Of a stretch of 64,000 nt of DNA, positions 23,438 to 35,285 are shown piece after piece. A program made the translations under genes and the position numbers. The DNA is taken from contig CM126228.1 in the NCBI GenBank assembly GCA_052327205.1, positions 30,318,001-30,382,000 on the forward strand, read 5' to 3'. Each line of letters begins with the position of its first letter. Position 1 is the stretch's first letter. The notes under the pieces were generated by a model. That model was not told the origin of the DNA, did not search any database, and saw nothing but the letters and a program-made list of their open reading frames with translations. This DNA is from Somniosus microcephalus. Lineage: Eukaryota.

Positions 23438-25231
23438 GGGCTGAATTTTGCCGTCGCTCAGAGGACAGGTTCAGAGGCGGGTCCGCTGTCAAAATAGTAG
23501 TGATTGACAGCGGATAATCCGCTCTGAACCCACCTCATTGTTAATTTCCTAAGTGTTGGCTCTGCCTGCAGTTTGCAGACCTGGCACTAAGCAGCGGGTC
23601 AGACAATTGAGATACTTAAGAAGCTGCTTAAAGGTATTTAAGCAGCATTTTACCAGGTCCTAATGATTTTTCCATGTTATTTATGAGGTTCCCGGTGCTC
23701 GGGGATCACGTCAGTTAAGTGTGTCGGGTTCTCAATGACTCTGCATTGCTGTGAATGGTTGACAGCTGCAAAACTGGTATAAAAGCAACCATTTCACAGC
23801 TGTTCACTTTCCAATCTTAGAGGCTGGAGCCTTCAGGATTTGGAATACACTTTTCAGCTTTATAGAGGTTTGAAGGGTTTGGAGCAAACTCTCTATCCAG
23901 TGTCACCTCCTTGGAGCAACCTCTCTCACCATTGACAGATCGCTTCTGTCATCTCAACTTCAGCTGCCATCTATTCCATCAGCATTGGTGCCCTTGAAAA
24001 AATCTCACCTTGGTCCTCAGAATCCCACCACGATCAGCCCCAGCACCAGCATCACCAGGCACACCAGCATCACCAGGCACACCAGCAGCACCAACCTTCT
24101 CCACAATCACCTGCTGCTGCACAGGACACAGAGCATCAGCACCTGAGCACATTGCTGCCCAGGAGGCCAGGGATGGCCTTAGCATGGCCAGATTTACTTC
24201 AGTTGACACTGTGCACCCTGGCTGCCATATGATGCGCCAGGTTGGCACCAGGCCAGACCAACACCATCAAGCATCCCTACAATGCCCAAACCATTCCTTT
24301 CACACTCATCACCATTGTGGGGTGGGGGGTGGGGGTGGTACCATTATGTCTCACCATTCATTGCAACTCACTAAGTCACTTCCAAAGGTGCACACAGATC
24401 TGTCCAAGAAGGCAAAGTGTTGAAAATAAAGATTTCAATGTTTGACAGCACATTAACAGAAACTTTACATGAACATTGGCAAAAACACCCAGCTGCCTAC
24501 CCTTGTGTGTTGTTAGTTGGTATGATTGAACTAGGCTGAGGGTGACTGTGAGGGGTGGCTAGTGAGATGGGGAAGTGATAATGTAGATAGAGAGGGATGA
24601 GTGGAGGTGCAAGGTAAGTTGGTGTGAATAAGGATGTGCAGGAGTAGGGTAGGGAAGGCAGAGTGATGAGTGGCACAGCAGGGTGAGGTTGAGTGTGGCT
24701 TTGCAGTAACGTTTTGAAATCTACTGAGATCATTGAAAGATTTGCACCAGTGCAGCCTGGTCCTCCTGATGACATCCCTGCTTGTGTCCTCCTGTGCAAT
24801 GTGCAACCAGGCTGCATTGGTCTCCTGGGGAGGTCTCTTCCACCCACTGGAAGGGAAGAGAACCTCCCTGCATGTTGTGACTCCCTCCATAAGCATATGG
24901 AGGGAGTAATGGGACAGACTGGGTGCAGCAGTGCACCTTTGTGCAGTGCTTGTCAGTGTTTGCAGCACCTCAATGCTGCAGAACACTGACAGCACAACTG
25001 TCAAAATGATTGTGGACATGGTCCCTTTAAGGAAACCAGTTGATGATGTGTTATCAAATGATGTCATCAGACCTGCTTCCTATTATTTGGCTGGGAACCT
25101 TTCAGGGTGGCTTTAACAAGCCCCATCAATGGAAAATCTTGTTGGAGGCCGGGTTCGAGAAAGATGCGGGATCCCCACACACCATGGACGTCGCCCGCCC
25201 CGGACCCACCGAGATTGGAAAAATCCAGCCC
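23438..25231. mobile_element. Decayed Harbinger derivative with a Myb-like remnant on the minus strand (about 24720-24960)
   Basis: Termini gggctgaatttt / aaaatccagccc; peptide VLFPSSGWKRP...AWLHIAQ...WCKSFNDL matches Myb exon 1. Confidence 0.75.
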
Positions 25232-25548
25232 ACTGTGTGGGACTGATGGGCACCCCAACCTCCCAGAAACAGCGAGTGTAGCAGGCATGGGAGGAAGTGG
25301 CAAAAGAATGAAAGTAGTGTCCAGAACCTGCAGGAGTTGGCAAGGCATCAGAGAAGTCAGCCAAACAGGCTCCACAGACAGTATTCAAGGAGGAGGTTGG
25401 TGATCAGCTGGTTGGTTGGTTTTCTTCCTTCTCTTCTCTTTCATACCTTTAAGTTGGTAAGTCCTATTGAATAGTGGTGTGATATTATCATATATATCCG
25501 GGCAGGGTCTTCATAACTAATAATAAGAAATTTAATTAATTATATAGA

Positions 25549-26502
25549 ATGGAGCAGGTGATGTGTTACTGTTGCGAGATGTGGGAGCCAGTGAACCCCA
25601 TTGAGGCTAACGGTGATTACATCTGCGACAAGTGTTTGCTGCTAGAGGAACTCAAGTTCCATGTTATGGAGCTTGAGACCGAGCTTCGGACACTGCGACA
25701 CATCAGGGAGGGGGAGAAGTTCCTGGACTCTATGTTTCAGGAGATGGTCACACCTATGAAGTTAATTACTGCAGATGTAGTCCGTGGTCAGGGACAGGAC
25801 GGTGTGACTACGAGTGAGGAAGGTACAGGGATCCAGGATGTAGTGTTGAAGGAGACGCAGCCCTTGCTCTTGTCCAGCAGGATCGAGGTTCTTACTCCCT
25901 GTGAGGGCGGGAGCGGGGACTGCAGGGAGGATGAGCAACCTGGCCACAGCACCGTGGTACAGGGGGCCATTCAAGTGGAGGGAGTAAAAAGAAATGTTGT
26001 AGTGGTAGGGGATAGTATCATTAGGGGGATAGATAGGGTTCTCTGCAGTCAAGAGCGGGAGTCCCGAAGGCTGTGTTGCCTGCCTGGTGCCAGGGTTAAG
26101 GACATCTCTTCTGGGCTGGAAAGAAACTTGCAGTGGGAGGGGGAGGATCCAGTTGTCGTGGTCCATGTTGGTACAAACGACGTAGATAGGACAAGGAAGA
26201 CGGTTCTGTTAAAGGAGTATGAGCAGCTAGGGGTCAAATTAAAAAACAGAACCTCAAGGGTAATAATCTCTGGGTTATTACCTGAGCCACGAGCGAATTT
26301 GGCTAGGATAAATAAAATTAAAGAGTTAAATGCGTGGCTCAAAGACTGGTGTGGGAGAAATGGGTTTTGCTTCTTGGGACACTGGCACCAGTACTGGGAC
26401 AGGAGGGAGCTGTTCTGTTGGGATGGACTCCACTTGGCCAGTGCTGGGACTAGAGTCCTGGCGAATCATATAACTAGGGCTGTAGAGAGGGCTTTAAACT
26501 AA
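25549..26502 (+). CDS. CR1 ORF1p: Zn-finger/leucine zipper plus SGNH esterase
   Basis: CxxC..CxxC, heptad LEELKFHVMELETEL, VGDSIIR / HVGTND / DGLH blocks. Confidence 0.93.
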   Translation: MEQVMCYCCEMWEPVNPIEANGDYICDKCLLLEELKFHVMELETELRTLRHIREGEKFLDSMFQEMVTPMKLITADVVRGQGQDGVTTSEEGTGIQDVVLKETQPLLLSSRIEVLTPCEGGSGDCREDEQPGHSTVVQGAIQVEGVKRNVVVVGDSIIRGIDRVLCSQERESRRLCCLPGARVKDISSGLERNLQWEGEDPVVVVHVGTNDVDRTRKTVLLKEYEQLGVKLKNRTSRVIISGLLPEPRANLARINKIKELNAWLKDWCGRNGFCFLGHWHQYWDRRELFCWDGLHLASAGTRVLANHITRAVERALN

Positions 26503-26540
26503 TTAGTGGGGGGGAGGTTTCTAGAGAGCAAATCATAGAA

Positions 26541-29492
26541 ATGACAACAGAGAAGGTCATAGACTTAGGTAGCAGTGGGGGAATTAAAAAACAGAATGTG
26601 TCAGGAAGGGACAGAAGGTATGGAGTAAAAAGTAAAGTACTAAAAAGGGAAAAAACAGGAACTAAGTGTTACAAAACATATTTGAAAGTTCTTTATCTGA
26701 ATGCACGTAGCATTCGTAACAAAATGAATGAGTTAACGGCACAAATAATGACATATGGGTATGATCTTGTGGCCATTACAGAAACATGGCTGCAGGGTGA
26801 CCATGACTGGGAATTAAACATACCAGGTTATTTAACAATCAGGAAGGACAGGCAGGAAGGGAGAGGAGGTGGGGTGGCTATGTTAATAAAGGAAGGAATC
26901 ACTATAATACAGAGAAATGATATTGGGTCAAAGGAGCACGATAGTGAAACAGTTTGGGTGGAGGTAAGGAATAATAAGGGGAAAAAAACACTAGTGGGTG
27001 TAGTCTATAGGCCTCCGAACAGTTGCAACTCTGTTGGACGGAGTATTAATCAGGAAATAGTTGAGGCTTGTAATAAGGGAACAGCTATAATTATGGGGGA
27101 TTTTAATTATCATATTAACTGGACAAATCAAATTGGGCAGAGCAGCCTTGAGGAAGAGTTCATTGAGTGTATTAGGGATGGGTTTCTTGAGCAGTATGTA
27201 ACTGAACCGACCAGGGGGCAAGCAACCTTAGATTTGGTCCTGTGTAATGAGACAGGATTAATTAAAAATGTCCTAGTAAAGGATCCCCTTGGAATGAGTG
27301 ACCATAACATGGTTGAGTTCCATATTCAATTAGAGGGTGAGAAGGTTGGATCTCAAACAAGCGTGCTGAGCTTGAATAAAGGAGACTATGAAGGTATGAG
27401 AGCGGGATTAATGAGAGTGGACTGGGAAAATAGATTAAAGGGTAAGACGGTACATGACCAGTGGTGTACATTTAAGGAGTTATTTTACAACTTCCAAAAA
27501 AAATATATTCCACTGAGGAAAAAAGGGTGTAAAAGAAAAGATAGCCATCCGTGGCTAAGTAAAGTAATTAAGGATAGTATCCGACTAAAAACAAGGGCAT
27601 ATAAGGTAGCCAAATCTAGTGGGAGGATGGAAGATTGGGAAGTCTTTAAAAGACAGCAAAAAATAACAAAAAGATTGATTAAGAAAGGGAAGATAGATTA
27701 TGAAAGTAAATTAGCAAAAAATATAAAAACAGACAGTAAAAGTTTCTATAGTTATATAAAAAGAAAAAGGGTGGCTAAAGTAAATGTTGGTCCCTTAGAG
27801 GATGAGACCGGGAAATTAATGGTGGGAAACATGGAGATGGCAAAAACACTGAACAATTATTTTGTATCAGTCTTTACAGTAGAGGACACTAAGAATATCC
27901 CAACACTGGACAAACAGGGGGCTCTAGGGGGGGAGGAACTAAATACAATTAAAATCACTAAGGAAGTGGTACTTGGTAAAATAATGGGACTCAAGGCGGA
28001 TAAATCCCCTGGACCTGATGGCTTGCATCCCAGGGTCTTGAGGGAAGTAGCGGTAGGGATTGTGGATGCATTGGTAATAATTTTCCAAAACTCACTGGAC
28101 TCAGCAAAGGTCCCGGCAGATTGGAAAACTGCTAATGTAACACCATTATTTAAAAAGGGTAGTAGGCAGAAGGCTGGAAACTATAGACCTGTTAGCCTAA
28201 CATCTGTGGTTGGTAAAATGTTAGAGTCCATTATTAAGGAGACAGTAACGGGACATTTGGATAAACACAATTTAATAGGGCAAACTCAGCATGGTTTCAT
28301 GAAGGGGAAGTCATGTTTAACAAATTTGCTTGAGTTTTTTGAGGAAGTAACATACAGGGTGGATAAAGGGGAACCAGTGGACGTAGTGTATTTAGACTTC
28401 CAAAAGGCATTTGACAAGGTGCCACACAAAAGATTATTGCTCAAGATAAAAAATCACGGGATTGGGGGTAATATTCTGGCATGGGTGGAGGATTGGCTCT
28501 CTAACAGAAAGCAGAGAGTTGGGATAAATGGTTCGTTCTCAGATTGGCAACCAGTAACTAGTGGTGTTCCGCAGGGGTCAGTGCTGGGTCCCCAACTCTT
28601 TACAATCTATATTAACGATTTGGAGGAGGGGACCGAGTGTAACATATCAAAGTTTGCAGATGATACAAAGATGGGACGGAAAGTAGTGAGTGAGGAGGAC
28701 ATAAAAAACCTGCAAAGGGACATAGACAGGCTAAGTAAGTGGGCAAAGATTTGGCAGATGGAATACAATACTGGAAAGTGTGAAGTTATGCACTTTGGCA
28801 GGAAAAATCATAGAGCAAGTTATTATCTTAATGGCAAGAAACTGGAAAGTACTGTAGTACAAAGGGATCTGGGGGTCCTGGTGCACGAAACTCAAAAAGT
28901 TAGTATGCAGGTGCAGCAAGTGATCAAGAAGGCCAATGGAATGTTGGCTTTTATTGCTAGGGGGTTGGAATATAAAAACAGGGAGGTATTGCTGCAGTTG
29001 TACAAGGTATTGGTGAGGCCGCACCTGGAATACTGCATACAGTTTTGGTGTCCATACTTAAGAAAAGACATACTTGCTCTCGAGTCAGTACAAAGAAGGT
29101 TCACTCGGTTAATCCCGGGGATGAGGGGGTGGTCATATGAGGAGAGGTTGAGTAGATTGGGACTCTACTCATTGGAGTTCAGAAGAATGAGAGGCGATCT
29201 TATTGAAACATATAAGATTGTGAAGGGGCTTGATCGGGTGGATGCGGTGAGGATGTTCCCAATGATGGGTGAAACTAGAACTAGTGGGCATAACCTTAAA
29301 ATAAGGGGCTGCTCATTCAAAACTGAGATGAGGAGAAACTTCTTCACTCAGAGGGTGGTAGGTTTGTGGAATTTGCTGCCCCAGAAAGCTGTGGAAGCTA
29401 CATCATTAAATAAATTTAAAACAGAAATAGATAGTTTCCTAGAAGTAAAGGGAATAAAGGGTTACGGGGAGCGGGCAGGAAATTGGACATGA
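26541..29492 (+). CDS. CR1 ORF2p: APE endonuclease plus reverse transcriptase (frame open from 26478)
   Basis: NARS, ITETW, GDFN, SDH endonuclease motifs; QHGF, DFQKAFDKV, GVPQGSVLGP, FADD RT motifs. Confidence 0.97.
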   Translation: MTTEKVIDLGSSGGIKKQNVSGRDRRYGVKSKVLKREKTGTKCYKTYLKVLYLNARSIRNKMNELTAQIMTYGYDLVAITETWLQGDHDWELNIPGYLTIRKDRQEGRGGGVAMLIKEGITIIQRNDIGSKEHDSETVWVEVRNNKGKKTLVGVVYRPPNSCNSVGRSINQEIVEACNKGTAIIMGDFNYHINWTNQIGQSSLEEEFIECIRDGFLEQYVTEPTRGQATLDLVLCNETGLIKNVLVKDPLGMSDHNMVEFHIQLEGEKVGSQTSVLSLNKGDYEGMRAGLMRVDWENRLKGKTVHDQWCTFKELFYNFQKKYIPLRKKGCKRKDSHPWLSKVIKDSIRLKTRAYKVAKSSGRMEDWEVFKRQQKITKRLIKKGKIDYESKLAKNIKTDSKSFYSYIKRKRVAKVNVGPLEDETGKLMVGNMEMAKTLNNYFVSVFTVEDTKNIPTLDKQGALGGEELNTIKITKEVVLGKIMGLKADKSPGPDGLHPRVLREVAVGIVDALVIIFQNSLDSAKVPADWKTANVTPLFKKGSRQKAGNYRPVSLTSVVGKMLESIIKETVTGHLDKHNLIGQTQHGFMKGKSCLTNLLEFFEEVTYRVDKGEPVDVVYLDFQKAFDKVPHKRLLLKIKNHGIGGNILAWVEDWLSNRKQRVGINGSFSDWQPVTSGVPQGSVLGPQLFTIYINDLEEGTECNISKFADDTKMGRKVVSEEDIKNLQRDIDRLSKWAKIWQMEYNTGKCEVMHFGRKNHRASYYLNGKKLESTVVQRDLGVLVHETQKVSMQVQQVIKKANGMLAFIARGLEYKNREVLLQLYKVLVRPHLEYCIQFWCPYLRKDILALESVQRRFTRLIPGMRGWSYEERLSRLGLYSLEFRRMRGDLIETYKIVKGLDRVDAVRMFPMMGETRTSGHNLKIRGCSFKTEMRRNFFTQRVVGLWNLLPQKAVEATSLNKFKTEIDSFLEVKGIKGYGERAGNWT

Positions 29493-30306
29493 GTCTGGGT
29501 TCGGAATGGTCATGGCCCTGTGGGTAGTGGAGCGCGCCCAGGGGCCGTGTAGCCTTGTTCTGCTCCTACTGTGTTCTAATTCTGTTAGATTTCAGGAGAT
29601 GGTTTTATCCCTGTTCCTGGCTGGGGTGGAGATCGCCTTTACAGAAGGTAAGTACTGTAGAAAATATAGGGACAGGGTGATCTCCTGGAAGAATTTCGAT
29701 CGCCTAGATGGGTCGGAGAGGAATTTCCCAGATTTTTTTCTCCCAAATTGGCCATTGGGTCTTTATCTGGTTTTTCGCCTCTCCCGGGAGATCACATGGG
29801 TTCGGGTGGATGCAGAGTGATAGAAGATTTGAGGCTAGGATCAGATCAGCCATGATCTTATTGAATGGTGGAGCAGGCTCGAGGGGCCGATTGGCCTACT
29901 CCTGCTCCTATTTCTTATGTTCTTATGTTCTTATGTTCTTAAAAGATGTCAACTCTTAATAAATTTGCTAAACTAAATCGACTTACTGTTGTGAATGAGA
30001 GCGCCTACCCCAAGTACATATGCAGGAATTTTTTTTCTCTGCTAACAGTTTATGCTGGAAGTTACTAAATAGTAAGAGGAGGTTTCCTGGATTCAGAGTT
30101 ACCATGGCAAACAATGCTTTGTTTCAATGGCGACACTTAAGATGTATACTACAGTTACAATTAGGACGTGCCTATGGATTCACCCAACTACTGTACTATG
30201 CATCCGCAATATGTTGCATGCCTCCAAAGCTGTGCAGTTGCTTGATATTGTTCGTGCACTATATACTTTCAGTACCTCTCCACTATTCTTCTGCTGGAAA
30301 GACAAG

Positions 30307-31070
30307 GGCCCAGAAATTCGTGTCGGGGGCTTCCCGCGGGTGCAAGTCCCCGACCTACACTTACCTAGCGCGCCGACAGTTGAGGCCTGGGCCTGCATGG
30401 ATTTCCTTTCTGTGGCCCGTTCCAGCTCCCGGCGCGCTGTTCTTGCGTGACCCAGCGGCGTACTTAGTGCGATGCGTCGGCTGGGATCACGTGAGCACTG
30501 GGCAACCAATCGGAGGAGGGAGAAGTCCATTCATGAGTTTGACATAAGACCTGTCAAACTCATGAAAACTCCGGGCGCCCAAAACAGTACATAACCTTAA
30601 AATAATTTTTTTTTAAATCACACTATTTAAATCAACTATAAATAACATAAAATAACCATTTTAAACAATAATTTAAATTTTTGAAAAAAATAATTTTATA
30701 AAAAATCGGAGCTAAAAATACACTTACCTTACTGTAAAGTATTTAAAAATAATAAACCTGTGGAAAAAATGTTCTAATTTTAATTAATTGACCACTTACC
30801 TTTTAAAATGAAGTCCTTACGTCTGCTTTTTTAATGTGTAAAAAGTGGTGGCCTTCACGCACGAGCCAACCTGTCAAAAAAAAGAAAGTTCAACGCGCAC
30901 GCGCAGACTCATACGTCGCACGCGTTTCACCTCTTAACCCCTGCTTTCAGGGGACCGGAAGTGCCGTTTTCCCGCGCATGCGCTGTGTATGCAAGAAACC
31001 GGCACTTCCATCGGGTCCACGCGTGGGTACCCCGTGCGTACTCACGCGTTGGGACCCGAATTACTGGGCC
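30307..31070. mobile_element. Harbinger-type MITE, family A copy 2
   Basis: Collinear with 9516-10270; TIR ggcccagaaattcg / cgaattactgggcc; TSD not preserved. Confidence 0.88.
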
Positions 31071-32559
31071 ATTATGTCCTGTAATCACAGCAAACTGCAT
31101 GTAGTATGTGGCCTAAAGCACTTGGCTGTTGGAGGAGTGAGGGAATGGGTGATGGTGAAGTTTGAAGCTTCCTCCAGGGTCAAAGCCTAATGCTTATGTC
31201 ATATAATGTTGTCCGACTGAGAATCACAAATGCACTCACCTGGACTGGCGTCACAGAGACTCATGCAATGTGAGTAGTGCTTAAAGGTGATTTGTTTTTG
31301 ACACCGCAGTTTGACACCACCTTCTCTTCTGCGCTCTCAGGAATGGGAGAACAGACTTCTGCCACAGCTGCTATCTCCATGCAAGCCGGCACCTTGCACC
31401 ACCTTCTCCACCTCTGTTAAGCACCAGCACAGCTGCATAAACTCCAAAGTATGTAGATAGGAAAGAACAACTTGCATTTTATTTAGAGCTTTTCATGACC
31501 TCAGGACGTCCCAAAATGCTTTATAGCCAATCAAGTACTTTTGAAGGGTAGGCAAATGCATAAGGAGGTTTGATGTAGGGTAAGGTTAGTCACTGTGCAT
31601 GGCTGAGGAGAAGCAAGTGATCTTTGCTGAAGGTTACTGTCTTTGCTATAGTGCCCAGAGATTCAGACCAGAGACTGATGTCTGAGCAGGATCATCCATA
31701 ACAGGCACTTTCTATGTGGAAATTACATGGCAACATCTGAGGGAGTATGGGGCGGGGAGGGTGGAGTCTAGCATCCAGATCCATGCTGTCATGGATGAAC
31801 TGCTATCTGCTTTGCAGGCTGCCATACAGCAGTGGCAACTGCTACGGCTCTGAAGCTGAACCCTCAGTGGCACAGGTCATCGGCACAAGAGAGCATCCTT
31901 CGCCAACGCCACAAGGGAATCCCTTAGAAGAAGTGACTGAGTCGGTGTCGCATGCCTGCAACAAAGCACGGGCTCTGTGGCAAACCGCGCTAACATAGAA
32001 CTAAAGAATCATAAGAGCCATTCACACCCCACACAATGGATGAAATAAATGCACCTCACACAATTTGAACATTGCCCTGTGTATTTATGTGTCGTTGGTT
32101 AGAATAAAGCAGGAGTCCAGCAAAAGATGGGACTAGATGAAGTTTAAGCAACTGCTCGCAAAAGTGTAGGAGAAACAGGAATGGGGACAGTTACTTTGAG
32201 AATGTGGATTGCAGTTTTTAGATCTAGCATAGAGTTGGCACTGAAAGGTAAGCTGAATTAATACCTGGATAACCTGTCTTCCTAACTTAGTTGCTAATTT
32301 TTTGTTTGTCGTTTAACCTTTCTCTAACAGGTTCACCATCAAATTCTTCGGCCTCTCTGATGAGACCTCTTTGCAAGACAAGGATATGGAGCATCTACCA
32401 GATGAATTCCTGGTTTGTTTGATTATCGTTCCGGTTATAGCATCAGCTTCAACTGTGGTCCGTGCTTGGCACAAGGATGACATGAGATATAGCTGCAGAG
32501 AGTAGCTGTAGCTTTCCAAGAGCCATCCTTGCATTCTTCCTTTTCATTTAAGTAAGGGT

Positions 32560-33020
32560 GGCACAGCTGATTTGCCTTAAAATAAAGGCATCATGAGATT
32601 CCTCAAGGAAGCAGGCATTAACCTCTATGTTTGTGTAGCCACGCACTTGTTGAACCCTTTGGTTCATGTTGGGCACAGCCTTGTGCACAGGGGCTCAATA
32701 TGGCGACATGGGTGTAATCAGTGGCCCCCTTTTGGACTCTGGAAAAGCCAGCAGACCTGTAGGACTCTGTTGCCATGCCACATTTCCCCTGTTGATCAAT
32801 GGCAAAAGTATTGAAGTCATTGACCCTCGTGAATAATGCATCTATGACTTCCTTGATACATCTGTTGACAATAACTGGTTGATAGTGCTGATGTCCTCAG
32901 TACTAGCCTGGAAGAAGCTGAATGCATAAAAATTGAGGGCATGGTGACTTTGACGGCCACTGGTAATAATGTATGGATGTTAGACCTGGTCTGCAAAAGG
33001 AAGTGGCACAATTTTGTCAC
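32560..33020 (-). pseudogene. Highly decayed Harbinger transposase
   Basis: TKLCHFL...LLPVAVKVT / ALNFYA / AGFSRV..ATDYTHVAI recognisable across frameshifts. Confidence 0.7.
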
Positions 33021-33064
33021 AGTTTTCCATTAACATGTAGCTATAGCATACCTGTATATAGCAA

Positions 33065-33281
33065 GAGATGGGGCGTTCTCCCTGGTGTCCTGAACAATAG
33101 TTATCCCTCAATCAATATCACTAAATCTGGTTATTATCAGATCACTGCTGTGTGCAAATAGGCTGCCGCATTTCCTAGATTATAACAGAGAAAGCACTTC
33201 AAAAGTACTTCATTGGCTGTAAAGTGCTTTGAAACGTCCTGAGGTCATGAAAGGTGCTATATAAATGCAAGTCTTTCTTTT
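33065..33281 (+). mobile_element. Deu-domain SINE 3' half
   Basis: gttctccctggtgtcctg...cttcaaaagtacttcattggctgtaaagtgc...aaggtgctatataaatgcaagtc. Confidence 0.75.
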
Positions 33282-33627
33282 CTATTATGTTTTGTGTTGG
33301 TAGGACATAATGGTATGGCTTGCATGCCATCTGGCATCATGGCAGTTCTTTCGTGCTCTTACTGGTCCTTGCCTGTCAGTTGCAGAGCTAGTGGAGTACG
33401 GAATGCAATCACCATAGGATCCCAAAAGTTCCTGGTTTCAGCTCCCGTATGCAGCAGCTCACTTTCCATTCAACAGTCAGGTAAACAGACTACAGTCTTC
33501 GCTGCAATGCACTGCTGTTAGCAATGTGTTAGCAATAGAATATGGTGCACTTTCTACTTAGTACTGCATCGGAAACAACAGGATTGATTATCCTAATGCC
33601 GCCTTCAACATTGTACTGCACAGAGCC

Positions 33628-33880
33628 TGTAATGATATCAGCAAATAGTGATGGTATTTGCCTGTTTGATTATGATGCCTTACCAGCATATTTGCCTATT
33701 TGATTATTTATGCCTTACCAGCAGAGGGCATGTGAGACAGACAGTTTTAGTTTCGTTTTTAGATGGATCTCTAAGATGGTGTCTCCTGTAATGCTGTTAA
33801 CTTAGTTAAACAAACTTTAGATAAAAAGACATTCTCTTTCATCAATGTGTCGTCATTGAACCCACAAAGAAATCAATACA
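33628..33880 (+). repeat. 5' LTR (253 bp)
   Basis: Direct repeat of 42512-42764 with one mismatch seen; internal ~35-bp tandem duplication. Confidence 0.96.
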
Positions 33881-33894
33881 TTGTATCAGAAGTG
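33881..33894 (+). promoter_or_regulatory. Degenerate primer-binding site (tRNA-Leu type)
   Basis: ttgtatcagaagtg directly after the LTR versus tggtgtcagaagtg, the complement of a tRNA-Leu 3' end. Confidence 0.55.
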
Positions 33895-34005
33895 ATTGAA
33901 AGAGATTAAGAGGAAAAATCTGAAGTGAAATCAGCTCTCCACATATTAGCAAGCCAAAAGAGAACACCGTTACTTACCTTTGGAGAATAGCTAACGAAGT
34001 AAAAA

Positions 34006-35277
34006 ATGGAAGGTTTACACCCACCGGCGAAGCTTCAGTTGACATGTAATGTGGCTGAAAATTGGAGGAGGTTCAAACAACGTTTGGAGTTGTATATAGC
34101 GGCAATCGGAGCTGACGAGAAAAGTGATAAAATGAAAGCGTCAGTGTTCTTACATGTTGTGGGTGATGAAGCGCTGGAGGTATACAATAACTTCACATTC
34201 GCTGCTGATGGAGACAAAATGAAGCTGGATAAAATAATGGAACAGTTTGAGGCCTACTGCATACCTAAACGTAATGTGACGTTTGAGAGGCACAGATTTT
34301 TCACATGTGTACAGAAAACGGGAGAGACTATTGATCAGTATGTGACTGAACTGAGAAACAGAAGCAAAACGTGTGAATTTGGGGGACTTACAGACTCGCT
34401 GATAAAAGACAGACTGGTGTGTGGTATTCCAGATAATGGTCTAAGGGAAAGACTGCTAAGAGAGCAAAATCTAGACCTGGGAAAAGCCATAGCACTGTGT
34501 AGGGCTACAGAGACTGTGAAGTCGCAGGCAAAGGAGCTGTTCAGTGACAGTAGCTGCAACGTGGATGCAGTGAGAAAGAACGGGCACAAACCGTTTAACA
34601 AAAAGAGCGCCAATGTGAAAAAAGAGGCGTGGCCAGCGAACAAAAATGAAAGGGGCAATCGAAAGTCATGTAGTCGATGCGGTACACAGCATCCACCAAA
34701 AAAGTGTCCAGCATATGGTAAAACATGCAATAGTTGCAACAAAAACAACCATTATGCCCGTTGCTGTAAGAACCAAGCGCAACAAAGCAAGGTCCATGCA
34801 GTAGATGAAAGCGAGAAAGAGGAGTTCAATGTGGATGTTGTGTCTGAAAACAAAAAACAAAAAAGAGACTGGATGTTGACACTAAAAGTGAATGACATAC
34901 ACATTCCATTTAAATTGGACACTGGAGCACAAGTTAATGTGATATCAGAGACTGATTTTAAGAAAATTAGACCCAGACCAAAGATACATGGAGCAAAAGT
35001 GAAAGTGACAGGATACTCAGGTACTGATATACCAGTGAAAGGAAGATGCATTGTCAAAGTGACACACAAGGACAGAGAGCACACGCTAGCATTAATCGTG
35101 GTGCCAAAGGATGTGCAGGCCATACTAGGTTTAAAAGCCTGTGAGAGACTGAACCTGGTAAAGAGAGTCCTCGTTGTGGAAAGCGAAGGAGAGACAGTCT
35201 ATGATGAACTCATGAAAGAGTACAATAACCTATTTCAGGGTCTAGGCTGCCTTCAGGAGAACACACGATCAGAGTAG
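34006..35277 (+). pseudogene. Gypsy Gag plus protease (originally one ORF with pol; 1-bp deletion near 35253)
   Basis: Two Cys/His knuckles, FKLDTGA protease site; adding one base restores GLGCLPGEHTIRVDKSMPT into the 35286 frame. Confidence 0.9.
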
Positions 35278-35285
35278 ATAAAAGT

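Larger units (their letters stand above)
25400..29941 (+). mobile_element. Near-full-length CR1 LINE (5' end approximate)
   Basis: Two intact ORFs, 3' stem-loop, (ttcttatg)3 tail at about 29912-29941. Confidence 0.93.
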
